Shown here: positions 58,996 to 64,000 of the stretch, piece after piece | How positions within the stretch are numbered: the stretch's first letter is position 1 | Layout: every line of letters begins with the position of its first letter | Assembly: GCA_050294405.1 (NCBI GenBank) | Contig: JBNKOC010000027.1 | Location: 67,639 to 131,638, forward strand | Source of the DNA: Fibrobacteria bacterium | GTDB taxonomy: Bacteria > Fibrobacterota > Fibrobacteria > UBA11236 > JADFYW01 | DNA: 64,000 nucleotides | Direction of reading: 5' to 3' | Made by a program: the position numbers and the translations under genes | Notes under the pieces: model-generated | Databases searched by the model: none | What the model was told of the DNA's origin: nothing | The model's input: the letters and a program-made list of their open reading frames with translations, nothing else

Positions 58996-60144
58996 ATGAA
59001 TCGCAAATTTTCTTTATTTTTAATTATTGTTTTTATTGTTGGCGCCTTAACCGGTTTCACCCAAAACTACAGCTGGAATAACCCCAGCTCCAACCTTCCC
59101 AATGGCATCAGCCACCATACATATCGCAGCGAAGTTTTGAATACAGATGTTGGCTATAGTATTTACCTGCCTCCGAATTACAGCAATAGCGAAGAAGAGT
59201 ATCCTGTAATTTATTCTCTTCACGGAATGGGAGGAAACGAAAATTCAAATTGCGGCCTATTTGGAGGAATCCTTCAGGATGGCATTAACAACAACGACTT
59301 CCCGCCAGTAATTATGGTTTTTGTAAACGGCAGAGGAAATACTTTTTACAGCGACTCCAAAGACGGCAGCCTCAAATGCGAAACATCTATAATCACAGAG
59401 TTGATTCCTCACATTGATGAAACTTACCGCACCAAATCCTATAGAGGCCAACGAGCCATTGAAGGTATCTCCATGGGTGGTTTTGGGGCGCTTATGTTAG
59501 GTTTTAAATACCCAGATACATTTGGAAGCATTGGTTCTTATGATGCGGCCCTTGTAACCTGGGATACGTTAAGCGAACAGCAATTCGACCAATCTATCCC
59601 CAACCAAATTTTTGGCGGTGACAGGGAATATTTCAACCAAAATAGCTACCCTCCCACGTTGGCCACTAAAAACGCAGACAGCATTAAAGCGCTTAACATT
59701 AAAGTTCGTATGACTACTGGTGATAACGATTTTCAAATGGGGCCCTTGTATAATTACAATCTTTCCATGCGGGACACCCTAAACGCTTTGGGTATCGAAC
59801 TGGACTTTAATGTTATCCCCGGCGGCACTCACGGCGCGGGAATGAATCAAAATTCTGGAAAGGCGAATATCCTTTTTCATTTAGAAAATTTCACCGAAGA
59901 GCCCCTGTTTGTTTTTAATCCGAATAATGCAGAAAACAAAACATCAACATTTCGCCAAAGTTATTTTTATTACACTCCCGGAAAATTTAACCTTTATTCA
60001 AAGAAGCTAAATCTCAAAAACCAACGTATCGAAATATACCATGTTAGTGGAAAAAAAATTGGAATATTCAATTTTGCCGATATTAAAAATGGCCTGAAAA
60101 ACAGGCCATTGACAGAAGGTTTTTATATTTTCAACTTTCTATAA
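58996..60144 (+). CDS. Secreted alpha/beta-hydrolase 'putative esterase' (esterase D / CE1-like) with a T9SS-like tail
   Basis: YPVIYSLHGMGGNENS, the nucleophile elbow GISMGGFGAL, and a C-terminal beta-rich tail ending EGFYIFNFL. Confidence 0.72.
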   Translation: MNRKFSLFLIIVFIVGALTGFTQNYSWNNPSSNLPNGISHHTYRSEVLNTDVGYSIYLPPNYSNSEEEYPVIYSLHGMGGNENSNCGLFGGILQDGINNNDFPPVIMVFVNGRGNTFYSDSKDGSLKCETSIITELIPHIDETYRTKSYRGQRAIEGISMGGFGALMLGFKYPDTFGSIGSYDAALVTWDTLSEQQFDQSIPNQIFGGDREYFNQNSYPPTLATKNADSIKALNIKVRMTTGDNDFQMGPLYNYNLSMRDTLNALGIELDFNVIPGGTHGAGMNQNSGKANILFHLENFTEEPLFVFNPNNAENKTSTFRQSYFYYTPGKFNLYSKKLNLKNQRIEIYHVSGKKIGIFNFADIKNGLKNRPLTEGFYIFNFL

Positions 60145-60309
60145 AGTTGCCGCGATTGGGCTCGTCTTCCGAGGCCTTCGCTTTTGCCAACCACAATCAG
60201 AACCCTATTTCTTCTGCAAAATCTTACCACTCCGATTTTGCCCAACCTATTGCCGTGCAAAAACAGTGAAAAGGCTTAAATTGTGGATTTTTTTTGTATT
60301 TTTGTGCTT

Positions 60310-63009
60310 ATGTACCACCAAAGCCTATTTGACCTCAAGGTCGCCGCCAAATTTGAGCTGTATAACAGCCTTTTTCTTCGCCTACCCTTCAATCAGGTAA
60401 AAAAGTCTGGAACTATGCTCCCGGTTTTCACAGATTTTTGCCACTCAAAACTACAAGATGGTCTGGGACCACTTAAAATTATCGAGTCCTTTTTCGACAG
60501 AGTGGAAGATGTGAAAAACGATAAGCAAATCATAGATAGGCTATTTGATTTTCTTCGTTTTGTGGAACGCCAGGTTGTGCTTTTTGATGCCCTTGAGGAT
60601 GCCGCCTATGGAGAATTACATGATATATACGGCCCTGGCTCTTTAAAAGATGTTCTGAATCAAATCGAATCCAATGAGTTTGAAGATAAATACAAAAAAC
60701 TATTGGAGTCTTTTAATGTAAGAGTTGTATTAACGGCTCACCCCACCCAATTCTATACGCCGCAGGTTCTAGGTATTTTAGATGATTTGGTAGAACAAAT
60801 GAAGGGAAATGACCTGGCCAAAATCAATGATTTGCTTTTGCAAATGGGCAAAACCCCCTTTAAGAAAAAGAGCAAACCTTCTCCTGTGGATGAGGCGGAA
60901 GCTCTCATATGGATTTTAGAAAATGTTATGTACAACATTATTCCAGATTTGAATTTTGCCTTTCATAGAACTGTTGATGGGGTAAAAAACCTGGGGCAAA
61001 AACCCATTGTGGAATTGGGATTCTGGCCGGGAGGCGATAGAGATGGAAATCCATTTGTAGACTCACGAGTGACAAGGCAAGTGGCCATTACCTTGCATCA
61101 AAAACTGGTGTCCTTGTATTTATCAGAAATCTCCGTATTGAAAAGGCGATTGACTTTTGAGGGAATTTTTGAATCCCTACTAACCATTGAAGACAAATTG
61201 GAAATAACTTTCAACCCCTTAAAAGAAGAATTGTTAGCTGCACGGGAGCTAGATCCAAGTGAAAGCTCCGACCTTAAATTCCTCTCCTTAAAACACAATG
61301 GCTACCACCGTCCCCAGGAATTAATCGGAGATTTAATGGAATTGCGTCAGCAATTGCTGGCAAATCACGACGGCTTGTTTCTAAATGATTTGGATAAATT
61401 TATTTCCAAAGTGCAAACATTCGGGTTTCACTTCGCCATCCTCGATATCAGGCAGGACTCCCGTATCCATGGGCAGGCTTTAGAAGCAATATGGGATAAA
61501 CTCAAAAGTTTCTCAGGAAATTTTCAAAAATTCAAATCCTATTTGGACTTATCCGAGACTAAAAAAATTGAGGCTCTGTTACAACTCCTACCTAATATTG
61601 AGCAATTAAGTTCCAAAGAAAAAAAGGCCCTTTTAGATGTATGTCTGGGAGAATTGAGCGATCCGGTACACAAAGATTGCTTTGAAAGCATCCAGGCTTT
61701 ACAATGGGTTCAGGAATTAAACGGACCTAGCTCTTGCGAGCGCTATATAATCAGCAATTTCAAAGGTATTAGTGATTTATTAACCGTATGGCTTTTCGCC
61801 ACAATGTGTGGATTGAAGAAAAACTCTTTTAATATTGACATTGTCCCTCTTTTTGAAAGCATCGAAGATTTAAAAAAATCTCATAAAATAATGGATGAGT
61901 TGTATAACATCGCCTCATACCGTAAGTATTTAAAAAGCAGAAATGACAGGCAATATATAATGCTTGGCTTTTCAGATGGCACTAAGGATGGCGGTTATTT
62001 AACCGCTAATTGGGAAATTTTAAGCGCAAAACAAAGGTTAACGGAAGTAGCAAATACTCATGGGTTAGAAGCTGCATTCTTTGATGGTCGTGGCGGTCCT
62101 CCTGCCCGAGGAGGGGGAAAGACTCATAAATTTTATCGTTCTCTGGGATCGAAAGTAAACAGTCATTACATACATATTACTATCCAGGGCCAAACCATCA
62201 CTTCAAATTTCGGAACTCCCATTAGCGCACGCCATAACTTTGAGCAATTGGCCACTGCAGGTATTGAGAACGAGCTTTTTCCTTTGGGATCCTCCGAACT
62301 GGAAAAAACAGAAACCCGATTGATTCAGCAGTTATCTAACATCGCCTTTGAACACTATTCCAACTTAAAACACGACCCTCTTTTCATTGAATATCTGGAA
62401 GAAGTAACCCCTCTTGCCTACTATGGTGATGCAAACATTGCCAGCCGGCCCACCAAAAGAAAGGCGGAAGGCAAATTGCAACTGGGTCATTTGCGAGCCA
62501 TTCCCTTTGTGGGCTCCTGGAGCCAAATGAAACAAAATGTTCCGGGATATTTTGGCTTAGGGACAGCCCTAAAAACATTGGGTGAAAAAGGAAAATTAGA
62601 GGAACTCAAAAAATTATACCAACACTCTTTGTTTTTTAAAACTCTTTTGGACAACTCCATGCAAAGCCTGAGCAAAACCAATTTTGAGTTAACTCAATAT
62701 TTGGCCAAGGACAAAAAATTTGGAAAGTTCTGGAGTCAACTAAAAACAGAAGCAAATTTAACAGAAGAGTGGCTCAAAAAAGTAAGCGGCCATGATTCTT
62801 TAATGGGCTACGATAGAAACAATCAAAAGTCTATTGAATTGCGAGAATCATTAACATTGCCCGTAGCTGTTATCCAGCAATATGCTTTACAAAAAATCAG
62901 GGCATTAAAAAAAGACAGTTCAAAAAACCAAAAAGAAATAACAGTCCTTGGAAAAATGGTTATTAAAAGTATGGCGGCATGTGTGAACGCCATGCGTAAC
63001 TCTGTTTAA
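60310..63009 (+). CDS. ppc: Phosphoenolpyruvate carboxylase
   Basis: VLTAHPTQ, GFWPGGDRDGNP and FFDGRGGPPARGGG. The ATG at 60310 is preferred over the track start at 60283. Confidence 0.93.
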   Translation: MYHQSLFDLKVAAKFELYNSLFLRLPFNQVKKSGTMLPVFTDFCHSKLQDGLGPLKIIESFFDRVEDVKNDKQIIDRLFDFLRFVERQVVLFDALEDAAYGELHDIYGPGSLKDVLNQIESNEFEDKYKKLLESFNVRVVLTAHPTQFYTPQVLGILDDLVEQMKGNDLAKINDLLLQMGKTPFKKKSKPSPVDEAEALIWILENVMYNIIPDLNFAFHRTVDGVKNLGQKPIVELGFWPGGDRDGNPFVDSRVTRQVAITLHQKLVSLYLSEISVLKRRLTFEGIFESLLTIEDKLEITFNPLKEELLAARELDPSESSDLKFLSLKHNGYHRPQELIGDLMELRQQLLANHDGLFLNDLDKFISKVQTFGFHFAILDIRQDSRIHGQALEAIWDKLKSFSGNFQKFKSYLDLSETKKIEALLQLLPNIEQLSSKEKKALLDVCLGELSDPVHKDCFESIQALQWVQELNGPSSCERYIISNFKGISDLLTVWLFATMCGLKKNSFNIDIVPLFESIEDLKKSHKIMDELYNIASYRKYLKSRNDRQYIMLGFSDGTKDGGYLTANWEILSAKQRLTEVANTHGLEAAFFDGRGGPPARGGGKTHKFYRSLGSKVNSHYIHITIQGQTITSNFGTPISARHNFEQLATAGIENELFPLGSSELEKTETRLIQQLSNIAFEHYSNLKHDPLFIEYLEEVTPLAYYGDANIASRPTKRKAEGKLQLGHLRAIPFVGSWSQMKQNVPGYFGLGTALKTLGEKGKLEELKKLYQHSLFFKTLLDNSMQSLSKTNFELTQYLAKDKKFGKFWSQLKTEANLTEEWLKKVSGHDSLMGYDRNNQKSIELRESLTLPVAVIQQYALQKIRALKKDSSKNQKEITVLGKMVIKSMAACVNAMRNSV

Positions 63010-63071
63010 TTTTGACATATACATCGTAATTTATTTGCGATAAAAACTTTTTTTAAATTCTGGAGGTTGAT

Positions 63072-63443
63072 ATGAAATTGGGCGTATTTTCTGTAAGTCT
63101 TGCCGTTAAAAACCTGGAAACATCCAAACAGTTTTATGAAAAAATCGGTTTTTCTGTTTTTGCAGGCAACCCTGAGCACAATTATCTGATTATGAAAAAT
63201 GGCTCTACAATTATAGGTCTTTTTCAGGGCATGTTTGAAAAGAACATTCTTACCTTTAATCCAGGCTGGGATGAAAACGCCGATACTCTGGAAAATTATA
63301 CAGATGTCAGGGAGTTAAATAGAGAGATGAAAAAAGCTGGCTTATCCACTGAACAAGAGGTTTTAGAAGGTGAATCCGGCCCTGGTAGTTTTGTATTAGT
63401 CGACCCCGATGGAAATCCTGTATTAATTGATCAGCATGTATGA
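63072..63443 (+). CDS. VOC/glyoxalase-family protein
   Basis: The sequence has the beta-alpha-beta-beta-beta pattern FYEKIGFSV...DPDGNPVLIDQ. The RBS is GGAGG. Confidence 0.78.
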   Translation: MKLGVFSVSLAVKNLETSKQFYEKIGFSVFAGNPEHNYLIMKNGSTIIGLFQGMFEKNILTFNPGWDENADTLENYTDVRELNREMKKAGLSTEQEVLEGESGPGSFVLVDPDGNPVLIDQHV

Positions 63444-63503
63444 TAGTTTAATAGAACAAGTATTCTATTTGTAAGGTCAAATTAAACTTTAGGATATTCG
63501 ATT

Positions 63504-63935
63504 ATGTCAGTTGAAAAGGACTCGCTTTTTATACAGGTTAAAGATCAAATAAAGAACTACGAAAAAGCAGCGGCACATCACAAAAGGCTAAACCGCATTT
63601 TGTGGGGGTTATCTTCATTGGTATCCATAATTGTCGCAATATCAGCTAATCTGAAGTTTACGCTTTTTGGTATTTCATCTAATCACATAACAAGTATTTT
63701 TGCCATATTAGCCCCAGTTGTAACAGGATATGTCATTTTACGCAGTCCGGAAAGCCTTTGGGTGCTGGAGATTGATATGCGAAATCGTCTCAGAGATTTA
63801 CAAAAAAAAATCGAGTTTTCTTATGAAAAAAGCCCTGGCTACAATCGCGAAACCCTCGAAAAGGAATATTTCGCTATAATGGGTGAGGCCAACAAAAAAT
63901 GGAGGGAGCTAAAAGAAAATCAGGGAAATTCATAA
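63504..63935 (+). CDS. Small 2-TM protein, possibly SLATT/DUF4231-like
   Basis: An N-terminal helix is followed by two TM helices (ILWGLSSLVSIIVAISA; ITSIFAILAPVVTGYVIL). An amphipathic helix follows (WVLEIDMRNRLRDLQKKIE). The family call is tentative. Confidence 0.35.
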   Translation: MSVEKDSLFIQVKDQIKNYEKAAAHHKRLNRILWGLSSLVSIIVAISANLKFTLFGISSNHITSIFAILAPVVTGYVILRSPESLWVLEIDMRNRLRDLQKKIEFSYEKSPGYNRETLEKEYFAIMGEANKKWRELKENQGNS

Positions 63936-64000
63936 AATTGTCGTACCCTGTTTCTACCCCGGCTCCCATTTTTGTGTGGGTAAACCAAAATTCATTTTTA

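Overview
About 64 kb of bacterial chromosome with roughly 44 protein genes. I could not recognise any rRNA, tRNA, CRISPR array, transposase or integrase by eye. T9SS-type C-terminal sorting tails, a fibro-slime domain and the shape of a putative LexA box suggest an FCB-superphylum, possibly Fibrobacteres-like, organism (inference only). The left third (1.2-12 kb) is a co-directional housekeeping block: guaA, hflX, DUF58/BatA-like, aroE, fused aroK-aroB, an SDR and mraY. From about 12.9 to 31.5 kb lies the accessory region I find most interesting. It holds a REC-histidine kinase hybrid, an SRPBCC-PilZ fusion protein and an acyl-ACP-reductase-like gene. That last gene sits tail-to-tail with an orphan 1707-aa KS-AT-DH-KR-ACP polyketide synthase that has no release domain. 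A divergent 1710-aa Ser/Thr-kinase/AAA/TPR/GAF/histidine-kinase protein follows. The accessory region also contains a four-gene minor-pilin operon whose last gene fuses a PilX/GspK-like anchor to PA14 and fibro-slime modules. The SRPBCC-PilZ to giant-kinase stretch looks visibly more AT-rich than its flanks. The rest encodes secreted hydrolases (several with T9SS tails, including a CE15 glucuronoyl esterase) and a rubrerythrin-rubredoxin-oxyR peroxide module with a clear promoter and operator. It also encodes monomeric isocitrate dehydrogenase, an ABC-F ATPase, PEP carboxylase and an AraC/NmrA pair. A dnaE2-imuB mutagenesis cassette lacks imuA and is preceded by an SOS-box-like palindrome abutting the dnaE2 start codon. 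All product calls come from motif recognition on the supplied translations. No database search was run.
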